Under the pieces are notes generated by a model, which made no database searches, had not been told where the DNA came from, and worked only from the letters and a program-made list of their open reading frames with translations. 64,000 nt of DNA from Desulfonema ishimotonii (GTDB lineage: Bacteria > Desulfobacterota > Desulfobacteria > Desulfobacterales > Desulfococcaceae), in assembly GCF_003851005.1 (NCBI RefSeq), contig NZ_BEXT01000001.1, positions 6,246,996 to 6,310,995 on the forward strand, in the 5' to 3' direction. Made by a program: the position numbers and the translations under genes. Below are positions 9,890-19,656 of the stretch, piece after piece. Each line of letters begins with the position of its first letter. The stretch's first letter is position 1.

Positions 9890-10046
9890 ATGTCATTCCG
9901 AACGGATGTGAGGCGTCTGAAATTTCTCGCTCCGCCCGAAATGACAAAGGCTCATTTTATGACGGCAGGCAGTATATGTCATTCCGAACGGATGTGAGGA
10001 ATCTGTGTCCATGGCGCACAGATTTTTCGCTCCGCCCGAAATGACA
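9890..10046. repeat. Family A hairpin repeats, two tandem copies (GTCATTCCGAACGGATGTGAGG ... CTCGCTCCGCCCGAAATGAC).
   Basis: Two imperfect-palindrome units in the thiM 5' region. The second carries a nested AATCTGTG..CACAGATT hairpin. Related copies occur at 14238-14309 and 23826-23858. Confidence 0.65.
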
Positions 10047-10116
10047 CTCATATAAAAGAACTTAATTGACGGACCACTGAGTTCCCGTACTTTAATTTTA
10101 ATGAGGAAAATCGGAT

Positions 10117-10926
10117 ATGAACAGATTTGCAGACCGTGCCGCCGAAACCCTTGCCGCGGTGCGGGAGAACCGGCCACTGATTCACAATATCACCAATTTT
10201 GTGGTCATGAACTACACCGCAAACGCCCTGCTGGCAATGGGCGCATCACCGGTCATGGCCCACGGCATCAACGAAGTGGAGGAAATGGCGGCCCTGGCCG
10301 GTGCGCTGGTTCTCAACATCGGCACGCTGACCGAGGAATGGGTGGCCGCCATGATCCGGGCGGGGAAAAAGGCGTCGGAGCTGGGAAAACCGGTGGTTCT
10401 CGACCCGGTGGGGGCCGGTGCCACAAGGCTCAGAACCGCCTCGGCAAAACAGATTATCGAGCAGGTTCGCGTTCGCACCGTCCGGGGAAACGCCTCCGAA
10501 ATTCTGGCGCTTGAGACCCGTGACGCCACGACCCGCGGCGTGGATTCGGTTCATTCGGTTGAAGATGTGGCCGGGACCGGCAGTGCAATGGCCGATGCGC
10601 TGAAGACCACCCTGGCCATCACCGGGCCGACCGATTTTATTACCGATGGCAATCGCGTACTCCGGGTGGCCAACGGCCATCCCCTCATGGCGCGGATTAC
10701 CGGGACCGGCTGCACGGCCACAGCGATTGTCGGCGCGTTTTCAGCCATTGACGATGATCCGGTCTGTGCGGCGGCCTCCGCCCTGGCGTTTTTCGGGCTG
10801 GCCGGAGAGGTGGCCGCACAACACGCATCCGCGCCCGGCTCCTGCATGATTCAGCTACTGGACGCTCTTTATACGGTCACACCGGAAGACCTGAAGGCCG
10901 GGGCCAGAATCCGGGAAGCGCGGTAA
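10117..10926 (+). CDS. thiM: Hydroxyethylthiazole kinase ThiM.
   Basis: 269 aa with IHNITNFVVMNYTANALLAMGASPVMAHG and the downstream conserved ThiM core. Confidence 0.85.
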   Translation: MNRFADRAAETLAAVRENRPLIHNITNFVVMNYTANALLAMGASPVMAHGINEVEEMAALAGALVLNIGTLTEEWVAAMIRAGKKASELGKPVVLDPVGAGATRLRTASAKQIIEQVRVRTVRGNASEILALETRDATTRGVDSVHSVEDVAGTGSAMADALKTTLAITGPTDFITDGNRVLRVANGHPLMARITGTGCTATAIVGAFSAIDDDPVCAAASALAFFGLAGEVAAQHASAPGSCMIQLLDALYTVTPEDLKAGARIREAR

Positions 10927-11013
10927 ACACTGTGATTTCCCCATGCATACCTTTGCCCGATCCCGTTGAGGACGGGATCCGTCATCGGGAAAATTTAAAA
11001 TTGCGGAGGAGCG

Positions 11014-11607
11014 ATGGGGTCTGATTTTTATTCCGAACATGCGGCGCGTCTGGCCGCCCAATATGAGGGACTTGCCCCGGAGAAGATTCACGCGGGGTGG
11101 CGGCGTTTTATTCCGCCTCCCAAAGCCGTTATTCTGGATGTGGGGGCCGGGTCGGGCCGGGATGCGGTCTGGCTGGCCGGAATGGGACATGAGGTCTTTG
11201 CCGCAGAACCGGCGGACGGCCTGCGGGCCGAGGGAATGCGGCGTCATCCCCAAAGCCCCGTTCGCTGGATCAGCGACGAACTGCCGGAGCTGGCCCGGGT
11301 TCGCAGGATAAAGGCCGGATTTGACCTGATCCTGCTCAGCGCGGTGTGGATGCACCTTCCGCAGCCTGCCCGGTGTCCCGCCCTTGAAACCCTGGCCGGA
11401 CTGCTGAATCCCGGCGGGCATGTGGTCATCATCCTGCGCTGCGGCGCATCCCCGGACGCACGGGAGATGTATCCGGTTTCCGCCCCCGAACTGGGGCGAA
11501 TGGCCGTCTGCGTGGGCCTGGAAACCGTGCTGGCAGCCCGACCGGAACCGGACGGCTTCAACCGGGCCGGGGTTTCCTGGGAAACGGTGGTGCTGGGGAA
11601 CAGGTAG
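11014..11607 (+). CDS. Class I SAM-dependent methyltransferase.
   Basis: Motif I VLDVGAGSGRDAVWLA; 197 aa. Confidence 0.6.
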   Translation: MGSDFYSEHAARLAAQYEGLAPEKIHAGWRRFIPPPKAVILDVGAGSGRDAVWLAGMGHEVFAAEPADGLRAEGMRRHPQSPVRWISDELPELARVRRIKAGFDLILLSAVWMHLPQPARCPALETLAGLLNPGGHVVIILRCGASPDAREMYPVSAPELGRMAVCVGLETVLAARPEPDGFNRAGVSWETVVLGNR

Positions 11608-11625
11608 CCGTCCCGCATTTTCAGC

Positions 11626-11733
11626 CATCGTTCCGACGCTCTGCGTCGGAATGCCCGACCGGACGCTCCGCGTCCCGTCACACGACGCGGGAGCGTCGGG
11701 GGCACCCGTTCCAACGCAGAGCGTTGGAACGAT
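11626..11733. repeat. Family B palindromic repeat (CGTTCCAACGCTCTGCGTTGGAACG-type units).
   Basis: Hairpin units ATCGTTCCGACGCTCTGCGTCGGAATG ... GTTCCAACGCAGAGCGTTGGAACGAT. The same family occurs in 3-4 units at 33108-33357. Confidence 0.65.
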
Positions 11734-11963
11734 AGATTACGGATTTGCAGATACAAATTGGACGAAGCGTAATCCGGCATGGCCTTAAAATCAAATGGGT
11801 ATTCAGCAGATCCATCGCTTCCGGCTTTGTGATGCCGGGATCAGTCTGAGTTGACATGATTTGCCTCCTGCTGTAGATTCGGTTTCCTATTGAAACGGGA
11901 TATTGGGGCAGCTCATTTCCTACCAACAATACCCCTGAGCGAAAAGCAGGAAGGAATCGTATA

Positions 11964-12401
11964 TTGAAAACAGGAAAGATCATCACATCCGATGCGGAGA
12001 TCCGGCAGATCCTTGAGAGCTGTAAAACCATTGCCGTGCTGGGGGCCAGCCCCAAGCCTGCACGGGACTCCCACAAAGTGGCCCGCTATCTTCAGGCCGA
12101 AGGGTATAAAATCATCCCGGTCAGACCGGCCCAGAAGGAGATACTGGGCGAACCGGCCTGTCCGTCCCTCAGCGACATCGCCGGGCCGGTTGATATGGTG
12201 GATGCGTTCAGGAACGCCCGGCAGATCATGGCCCATGTGCCGGAGGTGATCCGGCTCAGTCCCGCAGTTTTCTGGATGCAGGTGGGGATAGAAAATCAGG
12301 AGGCTGCCGAACAACTGATCGCCGCAGGCATTGATGTGGTGATGAACCGGTGTACCAAGACAGAGCATATGAGACTGGTCAATGAGAAAATCATCTTATA
12401 G
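11964..12401 (+). CDS. CoA-binding domain protein (YccU/YneT family).
   Basis: KTIAVLGASPKPARDSHKVARYLQAEGYKIIPV is a Rossmann-like CoA-binding signature; 145 aa. Confidence 0.7.
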   Translation: MKTGKIITSDAEIRQILESCKTIAVLGASPKPARDSHKVARYLQAEGYKIIPVRPAQKEILGEPACPSLSDIAGPVDMVDAFRNARQIMAHVPEVIRLSPAVFWMQVGIENQEAAEQLIAAGIDVVMNRCTKTEHMRLVNEKIIL

Positions 12402-12594
12402 GGAGAAGCGCCGCCGGGCCAGACAGATCCCATGCCATTGCTGCGGCAGAACCACGGCGTTCAGCTGGCAGTGCCGGTGCGGATTTACCATATGCCAGGA
12501 CTGCATGAACGAAAGCGTCTGGGGGCTTTCCTGCAACGGCATTACCTGGGTCTGCCCGGACTGCGGCCAGTCAAACGGATTCGGCAATCAGTAG
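12382..12594 (+). CDS. Small Cys-rich (multi zinc-ribbon-like) protein.
   Basis: 70-aa ORF with about 10 Cys in CxxC-like pairs (CHCCG, CRCG, CQDC, CPDCG). It overlaps the upstream gene end by 20 nt. No family is assigned. Confidence 0.3.
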   Translation: MRKSSYREKRRRARQIPCHCCGRTTAFSWQCRCGFTICQDCMNESVWGLSCNGITWVCPDCGQSNGFGNQ

Positions 12595-12639
12595 CCGATG
12601 CCCCCCGGTGGCCCGCATTGACAAGCATTGTACAGGGCT

Positions 12640-12750
12640 TATACCGATTCTATGTTGAAAGTCATCATTGAAAAGCGATGTCTGAGCCTTTGAAAAAAAA
12701 GCGTTGGCATCTGTTTTAATGCGACATTTCAACTGTGAATCGGTATTACC
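12640..12750. repeat. Family D MITE-like element (TIR TATACCGATTC / GAATCGGTATTA, internal ..TTGAAA..GCCTTTGAAAA.. core).
   Basis: Inverted termini at 12639-12650 and 12737-12748. Related copies occur at 15935-16076, 42433-42515 and 45366-45440. Confidence 0.5.
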
Positions 12751-13004
12751 TGCCGGATTCGGCCACGCCGAACCGGGTCCGGGTCAGAGCTGCTGAGATG
12801 ATCGGCGATGTTGCGGAACCGGACGCCATTGATCCGCTGAGAAATCACAAATACGGCAATGATATTCTCCGTAAAAAGGTTGAAGAGGCGATCAGCCGGA
12901 TTCACGAAAAGAATTTCACACGGGAATGCCCTTTCTGTGCCGAAGTGGTCAAAATGCAGGCAAAGCTCTGCAAACACTGCGGGCAGGAGATCGCCGGTCA
13001 GTAG
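12735..13004 (+). CDS. Small protein with a HEAT/PBS-lyase-like repeat and a C-terminal zinc ribbon (CPFC...CKHCG).
   Basis: ORF with balanced composition. The track start (GTG, 12735) sits inside the family D TIR, so the true start is probably the internal ATG at 12798. Confidence 0.4.
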   Translation: MNRYYLPDSATPNRVRVRAAEMIGDVAEPDAIDPLRNHKYGNDILRKKVEEAISRIHEKNFTRECPFCAEVVKMQAKLCKHCGQEIAGQ

Positions 13005-13122
13005 CCCGTGGGCCGGAACTGTACTGAAACAGTGACGTTGTGGAAATGTAACAGGTTCATAACGTCACATTCTTATGTCCGATCGGACTTACGTTAACCT
13101 GAAATCCGGATGACCTGCTGTT

Positions 13123-14040
13123 ATGCTGATTTACGTTAAACTGCTTCTGACCGCCCTGTTCTGGGGCGGCACATTTGTTTCCGGAAGAATGCTTTCCGAT
13201 CATGTTGCCCCCTGCTCCGCAGCATTTCTGCGGTTTTCCGTTGCGGGCATTTCCCTTTTGCTGCTGACCTGGAAAACGGAAGGCCGCCTGCCGCCGCTGG
13301 AAAAGGAACAGTTGCTTCCGGTCATCCTTCTGGGGCTGACCGGCGTTTTTTCATACAACATCTTTTTCTTCAAAGGGCTGAAGCTCATCAGCGCAGGCCG
13401 GGCCTCCCTGATCATCGCCATCAATCCCGTCTTCATCACCCTGCTTTCCGCCTTTTTTTTCAGGGAACGGCTGAATGCCCTGAAACTTACGGGCATTTTC
13501 CTATCTGTGACCGGAGCCGTTGTTGTCATTTCCAGGGGTGATCTGTCCGGGATTATGGGCGGCGGACTGGGGTGGGGCGAGCTGATGATCTTCGGATGTG
13601 TCGCAAGCTGGGTGACCTTTTCCCTGATCGGAAAGACCGTACTCTCCGGCCTCTCCCCCCTGGTGTCGATCACTTATGCCGCAACAGTCGGGGCCGCCGC
13701 CCTCTTTGTTCCGGCCTATATGGAGGGGGTGACGGGCAACCTGTTTCATTACAGCGGCGCGGACTGGTTCAATATCGTGTATCTGGGGCTTTTCGGCACG
13801 GTGGCGGGATTTGTATGGTATTATCAGGGCATTAAATCCATCGGTCCGACCCGGGCCGGGCTGTTCATCAATTTTGTGCCCATCAGCGCCATTTTGCTGG
13901 CGTTTATCATTCTCAACGAGCCGGTGACGGCGTCCCTGTTTGTCGGGGCACTGCTGGTCAGCTCCGGGGTCTGGCTGACCAACACCAATTTTGAACGGAA
14001 GACAGCGCCGGTCACTTCGGAAAGAGAGGCGACGGGGTGA
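13123..14040 (+). CDS. EamA/DMT-superfamily transporter.
   Basis: 10-TM profile with two EamA halves and an LLTALFWGGTFVSGR N-terminus. Confidence 0.8.
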   Translation: MLIYVKLLLTALFWGGTFVSGRMLSDHVAPCSAAFLRFSVAGISLLLLTWKTEGRLPPLEKEQLLPVILLGLTGVFSYNIFFFKGLKLISAGRASLIIAINPVFITLLSAFFFRERLNALKLTGIFLSVTGAVVVISRGDLSGIMGGGLGWGELMIFGCVASWVTFSLIGKTVLSGLSPLVSITYAATVGAAALFVPAYMEGVTGNLFHYSGADWFNIVYLGLFGTVAGFVWYYQGIKSIGPTRAGLFINFVPISAILLAFIILNEPVTASLFVGALLVSSGVWLTNTNFERKTAPVTSEREATG

Positions 14041-14237
14041 GCCGGATTCTCTGTGAGTTCAGGCAGATTGAGCGTGCGGGGTTCCCCGGTGCGGAATCTC
14101 CGGTCAGGGAAACGTGAACGCCCCGCCCCTAAAATCAGTTGTTACGAAATACCGATGTCGTAAATCCGTTTTAGGAATGTCGAAACAAATACGTTACCTG
14201 CCAACCGGTATACTTGTTTTTTCAAAATCCCCGAAAT

Positions 14238-14309
14238 CATGTCATTCCGAACGAATGTGAGGACTCTGTGGTCATACAACACAGATTTCTCGCTTCGCTC
14301 GAAATGACA
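14238..14309. repeat. Family A hairpin repeat, single copy.
   Basis: ATGTCATTCCGAACGAATGTGAGG ... CGCTTCGCTCGAAATGACAC with an inner ACTCTGTG..CACAGATT palindrome. Confidence 0.6.
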
Positions 14310-14374
14310 CTTCGGTATTTTTATTTTTTCAAAGTCCCTTATATTCCCGCAGGAAAAATTAAGGAAATTCTCAC

Positions 14375-15007
14375 ATGGAAAACCAACTCTGGACCTATCT
14401 GATTGCCATTACCCTGCTGACCATGACGCCGGGGGTGGACACGTTGCTGATTATTCGGAACACCACCCGCGGCGGCCTGCGGGACGGGGCTGTGAGCAGC
14501 GTCGGCATCTGCACCGGCCTGTTTGTCCACGCCACGGTTTCAGCCGTCGGCATTTCCGTGATCCTGCTTCAGTCCGCACTCGCCTTCAGCGCCCTGAAAC
14601 TGGCCGGGGCCGGCTATCTGGTCTGGCTGGGACTGATCAGCCTGCGCAGCGCCCTGGGAAATAGCGATGCCCCTGACCTGACCCGTCAGAATTTTGTCCT
14701 CCGCCGCTTCAGCGCACGGCGTTCGCTGACCGAGGGCTTTCTGTCCAATGTGCTGAATCCGAAAACCATCGTCTTTTACATGGCCTTTCTGCCGCAGTTT
14801 ATCGACCCGTCGCGGTCGGCCCTGCAACAGTCCCTGTTTCTGGCCGGACTCCATTTTGCCATTGCAATGATCTGGCAGTGCCTGCTGGCGTCTGTCGTCG
14901 ATCAGGCCAGCGGCTGGCTCAGCCACCGCAGGGTCCGCCGGACAATGGACGGCCTGACCGGCTCCGTTATGATGGCACTCGGCATCCGGCTGGCGATGGA
15001 GCGGTAA
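14375..15007 (+). CDS. LysE/RhtB-family amino-acid exporter.
   Basis: ITLLTMTPGVDTLLII N-terminal signature; 210 aa with 6 TM helices. Confidence 0.8.
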   Translation: MENQLWTYLIAITLLTMTPGVDTLLIIRNTTRGGLRDGAVSSVGICTGLFVHATVSAVGISVILLQSALAFSALKLAGAGYLVWLGLISLRSALGNSDAPDLTRQNFVLRRFSARRSLTEGFLSNVLNPKTIVFYMAFLPQFIDPSRSALQQSLFLAGLHFAIAMIWQCLLASVVDQASGWLSHRRVRRTMDGLTGSVMMALGIRLAMER

Positions 15008-15165
15008 GGAATTTCTGCAAAATAAAACTACCCCCGCCATCTGACGGCAGGGCGGGGTTACGTCCCCGCCGAACTGCTGAATTTTCCTGACGCTGCAAAT
15101 CGGCGGTCATATCCGACGGGGACGTAACCCCGTCCTGCCGTTTTGAAACGGGTAATTGATTTGTG
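15000..15165 (+). repeat. Family C palindromic element, copy 2.
   Basis: Starts within the last codons and stop of the LysE gene (AGCGGTAAGGAATTTC), then CCATCTGACGGCAGGGCGGGGTTACGTCCCCGCC ... GACGGGGACGTAACCCCGTCCTGCCGTTTTGAAACGGG. Confidence 0.7.
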
Positions 15166-15209
15166 ATGAACTTTCTAAAAGATATCCCCCTCAACAGAAA
15201 GCCACGTCC

Positions 15210-15938
15210 ATGACAATAGCTTACGGCGGTCGGACCTGCTTCGGCCATGCCATCGGCATTATTATGCTGGATACCGTATTCCCCAGGATTCCCGGCGATA
15301 TCGGTAACGCGGCGACGTTTCCTTTTCCCGTACTCTACCGGATTGTCCGGGGCGCATCGCCCCAGCGGGTGGTGAAAGCTGCTGACCCGGCACTGCTTGG
15401 CCCGTTTATCGAAGCGGCCCGCGAACTGGAAAAAGAAGGCGTCAGCGCCATTGCCACCAGTTGCGGATTTCTGGCGGTTTTTCACCGGGAGCTGACCGAT
15501 GCCGTCCGCATCCCCGTCTTCACCTCAAGCCTTTTGCAGGCCCGGACCGCCTTTTCGGTCATCGGCAAAGACCGGAAGGTCGGCGTTCTCACCGCCCGGC
15601 GTCAGTCGCTGACAGAACAGCATCTGGCCGGGGTGGGCATTGAGGCGTTGCCCCTGGTTATTGAGGGCATGGAGACGGCTGACGAATTTACCGCTGTTTT
15701 CATTGAGGGGAAGACGGAACTGGATGTTGAAAAATGTGAAGGGGAAATGATCGCCGCAGCCGGTCGGCTGATCCGTGCCGCGCCTGAAACCGGGGCGATT
15801 GTCCTGGAATGCACCAACATGCCCCCCTTTGCCAGGGCTGTTCAGAGGGCGGTGAGACTGCCGGTGTTTGACGCCGTTACGATGGTGAAATATGCCCACG
15901 CCGTCGTATGTCAGCAGGCGTATCCGGCCCCGCTGTAA
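15210..15938 (+). CDS. Asp/Glu/hydantoin racemase superfamily protein (arylmalonate decarboxylase / maleate isomerase-like).
   Basis: IGIIMLDTVFPRIPGDIGNAATF and a second half with a conserved Cys (LECTNMPPF). The internal ATG at 15210 was chosen because the upstream part of the track ORF overlaps the family C repeat. Confidence 0.65.
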   Translation: MTIAYGGRTCFGHAIGIIMLDTVFPRIPGDIGNAATFPFPVLYRIVRGASPQRVVKAADPALLGPFIEAARELEKEGVSAIATSCGFLAVFHRELTDAVRIPVFTSSLLQARTAFSVIGKDRKVGVLTARRQSLTEQHLAGVGIEALPLVIEGMETADEFTAVFIEGKTELDVEKCEGEMIAAAGRLIRAAPETGAIVLECTNMPPFARAVQRAVRLPVFDAVTMVKYAHAVVCQQAYPAPL

Positions 15939-16076
15939 TACCGTTTCTATTTTGAAATACGCCATTATTCTGAATTTGAAGCCCGAATTCCTTTCAAAAC
16001 AGCATGTTCGGATTCAGAAGTTTCGTGTTTGCAATCCGAATAATGGCGGGATTCATCTCTGATCCGGTATGCCCCC
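15935..16076. repeat. Family D MITE-like element.
   Basis: GTAATACCGTTTCTATTTTGAAATA...CCTTTCAAAACAG with inverted repeats CGCCATTATTCTGAAT / ATTCGGATTGCAAACA..TAATGGCG and a terminal CCGGTATGC. Confidence 0.45.
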
Positions 16077-16466
16077 CTATTGAATATATTCAAAATAACA
16101 ATTCCGGTTCCATTCGGGCCGAGCGGATTGTCAGCAGCAGAATTTCCCCTGGGATCATGTCCGCCGGGGCTGAAAATCGGGAGATATCAATTTCTCAAAG
16201 GGTATGAGTCTGATGTGAAATCCGCCACCTGCAACGCCGGTTTTTCAGAGTTGAACTTTATTTCCTGTAAGACGCAACAGGTGAAAAAATTCCGTCTGCA
16301 AATAATCCTGTGATACGCACTGAATCCGATCTTCCGGCAATGTGAATGGTTGAATCGGCAGCAAACAGGCCGTCACAGAATTATTCACAGGTACAAAAAT
16401 CCGAAATCATCGGGTTGGAACGATGGGCAAAACAGGGAAGGGATTCTGCCAACGCGGCGGGAATTT

Positions 16467-18113
16467 CTATCCTTCGGGGATCTTGAGAACCTGTCCTGCG
16501 CGGATTTTACGGGAGTTCCTGATGGCATTCAGTTTTTTCAGGGATCTCAGGGAAATGCCGTACCTGTTTGCGATTTCCGACAGGGTCTCGCCCCGCTTCA
16601 CCCGGTGTTTTGTCGTGAGCTGAAGGCGGGTGGTCTCATCCGCCTTGGCCGCACTGACCGCCCTGGCCAGCGCCACATACCGGCCCGGCAGCTTCAGGCG
16701 CTGTCCCGGCCGGATACGGTTGGCGCTTCGGAGTCCGTTGAGGCGCATCAGGGTCCGGGCGGATACGTTATAGCGTCCGGCGATCTCCGAAAGGGTCTGC
16801 CCCCTTCGGACCCGATAGGTCTGTCCGCTTTTGACATAGCGGTATTTCAGGGTGTCGGGAATCGAGGCATAGGCATTTTCCACCTTTGCCCTGTCCGGCT
16901 GCATCAGGTTAAGGGCGTAGCCTTTGGGCACAAATCCCCCGGAAGCAAAGGCCCCGCTCAGGAGGGCCGGATTCAGGTCGCGGATCGACGAAACCGGCAG
17001 GCCACAGTATTCTGAAAGTACCCGGACCGATACATAGTCCGGCACCGTAAAGACCTCCGTCTCCAAGGGGGCTTCAATTTTCAGATCGTCGTAATACTGC
17101 TTATAGTTGACCCCCACATCCACCGCTGCCAGAAATTCCGGGTAGAAATTCCGGGAGGCAAATTCAAATCGGCTGCCGTCGTATTTCTCAATCACCCTGA
17201 CGATATTCTCCGATTTTACCTGCCGGGTCGCCGTTACCATCCCCTGAAGTCCGTGGTTGTAAGCTGTAATCGCCAGAGGCCATGACCTGAGAACCTCATA
17301 ATTGTGGGCCAGATGCCGTGCGGCCGCCTGTGTGGAAATAAACGGATCCTGCCGTTCGTCCACCAGATGATTCATCATCAGCCCGTATTGTCTGGCGGTT
17401 TGCCCCATGAGCTGCCACAGGCCTGCGGCATCGACATAGGAGCGGGCAAAGGGGTTGTATGCGGATTCGATGAGCGGAAGGTAGATCAGCTGGCGGGGGA
17501 GCCGGTGTTCGGCGAGAATCTTTTTCATCTTTTTCCTGTACCGGCCAGACCAGGCCACCCCTTTTCTGAAACTGTCCGCCTGCCCCCCCTGGGTGCGGAC
17601 CCGTGCCTGGGCATCTTTTATGTCAAAGCGGTCGGAGGGGCGAACCGCCTGAAACCGCCGGTAAAGCTTTCGGACTTCCGGGGTCATCCGCTCAGGCTGT
17701 TCCCAGTTTTCAGCCATCTGTTTCAGAAGATCTCTGTATGTTGTCACCCTGTCCTGAACCACCTGCCGGGGATTTTTTCCGGCCTCTTTCAGCGCCACCA
17801 CCTCGTAGATGACATCAAGATACCAGGCGTCATGGATCACCACCTGGGAACGGTCATACCGGGTGAATATTTTTTTCCAGAACTCAACCTGGGGGCGCAG
17901 GGCTTCGATCATGGGAAACGGATTGGGCATATCCGCCCCCCGGTCCGGCATGGAAAAGGGACCGACAACGGTTTTCGGCGGGGTCGGCAGATAGAGGCTG
18001 CCGGGCAGCAGCAGGAGCAGAAATAATAACAACACCACATCAGCACCGCGCCGGATGCGCGATATGCCGTCATGATGCGGGGTGTGGGGTGTCTCCGTTT
18101 TTTCTGATGCCAT
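16467..18113 (-). CDS. mltD: Membrane-bound lytic murein transglycosylase (MltD-like) with three C-terminal LysM domains.
   Basis: SLT catalytic region (..AESAYNPFARS..) and three LysM repeats (YRVRRGQTLSEIAGRY.., HRVKRGETLSEIANRYG..). The track ORF extends to 18275; the internal start was chosen ahead of the hydrophobic LLLFLLLLLPGS segment. Confidence 0.75.
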   Translation of the reverse strand: MASEKTETPHTPHHDGISRIRRGADVVLLLFLLLLLPGSLYLPTPPKTVVGPFSMPDRGADMPNPFPMIEALRPQVEFWKKIFTRYDRSQVVIHDAWYLDVIYEVVALKEAGKNPRQVVQDRVTTYRDLLKQMAENWEQPERMTPEVRKLYRRFQAVRPSDRFDIKDAQARVRTQGGQADSFRKGVAWSGRYRKKMKKILAEHRLPRQLIYLPLIESAYNPFARSYVDAAGLWQLMGQTARQYGLMMNHLVDERQDPFISTQAAARHLAHNYEVLRSWPLAITAYNHGLQGMVTATRQVKSENIVRVIEKYDGSRFEFASRNFYPEFLAAVDVGVNYKQYYDDLKIEAPLETEVFTVPDYVSVRVLSEYCGLPVSSIRDLNPALLSGAFASGGFVPKGYALNLMQPDRAKVENAYASIPDTLKYRYVKSGQTYRVRRGQTLSEIAGRYNVSARTLMRLNGLRSANRIRPGQRLKLPGRYVALARAVSAAKADETTRLQLTTKHRVKRGETLSEIANRYGISLRSLKKLNAIRNSRKIRAGQVLKIPEG

Positions 18114-18403
18114 TATAGATCCCCGGGGCCGGTCGGCAGGACGTCTGCCGGAAGCATTTCCTCCGATGGTTGACTGTAAAATCCGGTGCGGGCGGGTCGT
18201 CCGCCAAAGTGTATTGTCTCCGTATAGATGGATACTATATAAAGATTGTGCGGAATTGACAAGTATTATCGGCAAACTGAGACCGGGTGTTATGTCGCTC
18301 CGCTTCAGGCAGTAATTCGGGCCATATCGTCCTGAAAAACGGTCTTGACAAATCAGAAGTCATTTCGGAACATTTAATTATTTTGAAAAAAGGGAGGAAA
18401 AGG

Positions 18404-19474
18404 GTGCGGCAAATAAACAGACAGGATCGGTTCAGGGGCGTCATTCTCGGCACTGCCATCGGTGACGCCGTCGGATTGCCCGCCGAAGGGATCAGTCGGC
18501 GGCGTTCAGAGCGGCTTTTCAAAGGCCGATGGCATCACCGCCTGATCTTTGGCCGGGGAATGGTCAGTGATGATACAGAACACACGGTTTTCGTTGCCCA
18601 GAGTCTGCTGGCCCATCCGGCGTCGCCGGAACAGTTTGCCGGGCGGCTTTCCCGGTGCCTGAGATGGTGGCTGCTGTCTCTCCCTGCCGGTGTGGGGTGG
18701 GCCACGCTGCGGGCTCTCATCCGCCTGTGCGTCGGCATTTCACCCGGAAAAAGCGGGGTCTGGTCTGCCGGGAACGGCCCGGCCATGCGGGCGGCCCCCG
18801 TGGGGGCCTTTTTTGCGGAATCTCCCGACCTCCGGGATGCCTGTCTCCGGGCCGCCACCCGGATCACCCACACCGACCCCAGGGCCCTGACCGGGGCAAA
18901 GGCCGTGGCTGATATGGTCGCCCGGAGTATCCGGGAGGGCGGAACACAGCGGCCGGCGTGGCCTGAGTTTTTATCGCTTCTCAGATCCGCCGGTGAGGGA
19001 GACGGGGAGTGGCTGGCGCTGACAGAGCGCCTCACCGCCGCATGGGAAAAGGGGCTTGATGTGCGGGAATTTGCAGCGGAACTGGGGCTGGACCGAGGGG
19101 TCACGGGGTATGTCTACCATACCGTGCCCGTGGCCCTGTACGCCTGGTACCGGCATTTCGGAAATTTTTCAGAGACCCTGTGCGCGGTATGGGACTGCGG
19201 GGGGGATACGGATACAACCGGGGCCATTGCCGGGGCGCTGGCCGGGGCCGTGACCGGCGAATCGGGGATGCCGCACGACTGGGTTTCGGGGATACGGGAC
19301 TGGCCCCGAAGTCTGACGGTGCTGCGAAAAATCGCAGATGCCCTGGCGGCCAAAGGGGGGCAGCCGGATATCCGGCCCGTATCATACCCGGTGGTCGGTG
19401 TGCTGCCCCGCAACCTCCTTTTCCTGGTAATCGTCCTGCTGCACGGCATGAGACGGCTGCTGCCGCCGTATTAG
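18404..19474 (+). CDS. ADP-ribosylglycohydrolase family protein (DraG/ARH-like).
   Basis: RFRGVILGTAIGDAVGLPAEG signature and later DTDTTGAIAGALAGA. A GTG start at 18404 follows the AGGGAGG RBS at 18391-18397. The C-terminal tail is hydrophobic. Confidence 0.75.
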   Translation: MRQINRQDRFRGVILGTAIGDAVGLPAEGISRRRSERLFKGRWHHRLIFGRGMVSDDTEHTVFVAQSLLAHPASPEQFAGRLSRCLRWWLLSLPAGVGWATLRALIRLCVGISPGKSGVWSAGNGPAMRAAPVGAFFAESPDLRDACLRAATRITHTDPRALTGAKAVADMVARSIREGGTQRPAWPEFLSLLRSAGEGDGEWLALTERLTAAWEKGLDVREFAAELGLDRGVTGYVYHTVPVALYAWYRHFGNFSETLCAVWDCGGDTDTTGAIAGALAGAVTGESGMPHDWVSGIRDWPRSLTVLRKIADALAAKGGQPDIRPVSYPVVGVLPRNLLFLVIVLLHGMRRLLPPY

Positions 19475-19502
19475 TTCAGGAATTTTCGTGAAATAAAAAT
19501 AC

Positions 19503-19648
19503 CCATGGGACCGGTAGGGCGGGGTTACGTCCCCGCCGAAACGGTGCCCATCGCCGCTTGAATTTTCCAGACGTTACAAATCAGCGGTCATATCTGACGG
19601 GGACGTAACCCCGTCCTGCCGTCCTGAAAGGGGTAGTTTATTTATTCC
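19503..19648 (+). repeat. Family C palindromic element, copy 3.
   Basis: Begins about 30 nt after the ADP-ribosylglycohydrolase stop. GGGCGGGGTTACGTCCCCGCCGAAACGGTG...CAAATCAGCGGTCATATCTGACGGGGACGTAACCCCGTCCTGCCGT. Confidence 0.7.
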
Positions 19649-19656
19649 GAACGCCC

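Noticed and set aside
16004-16313. Small ORFs 16004-16207 and 16080-16313 between the racemase-family gene and mltD.
   Set aside because: They overlap the family D repeat and the intergenic region, with no RBS or conservation signal. They are probably non-coding.
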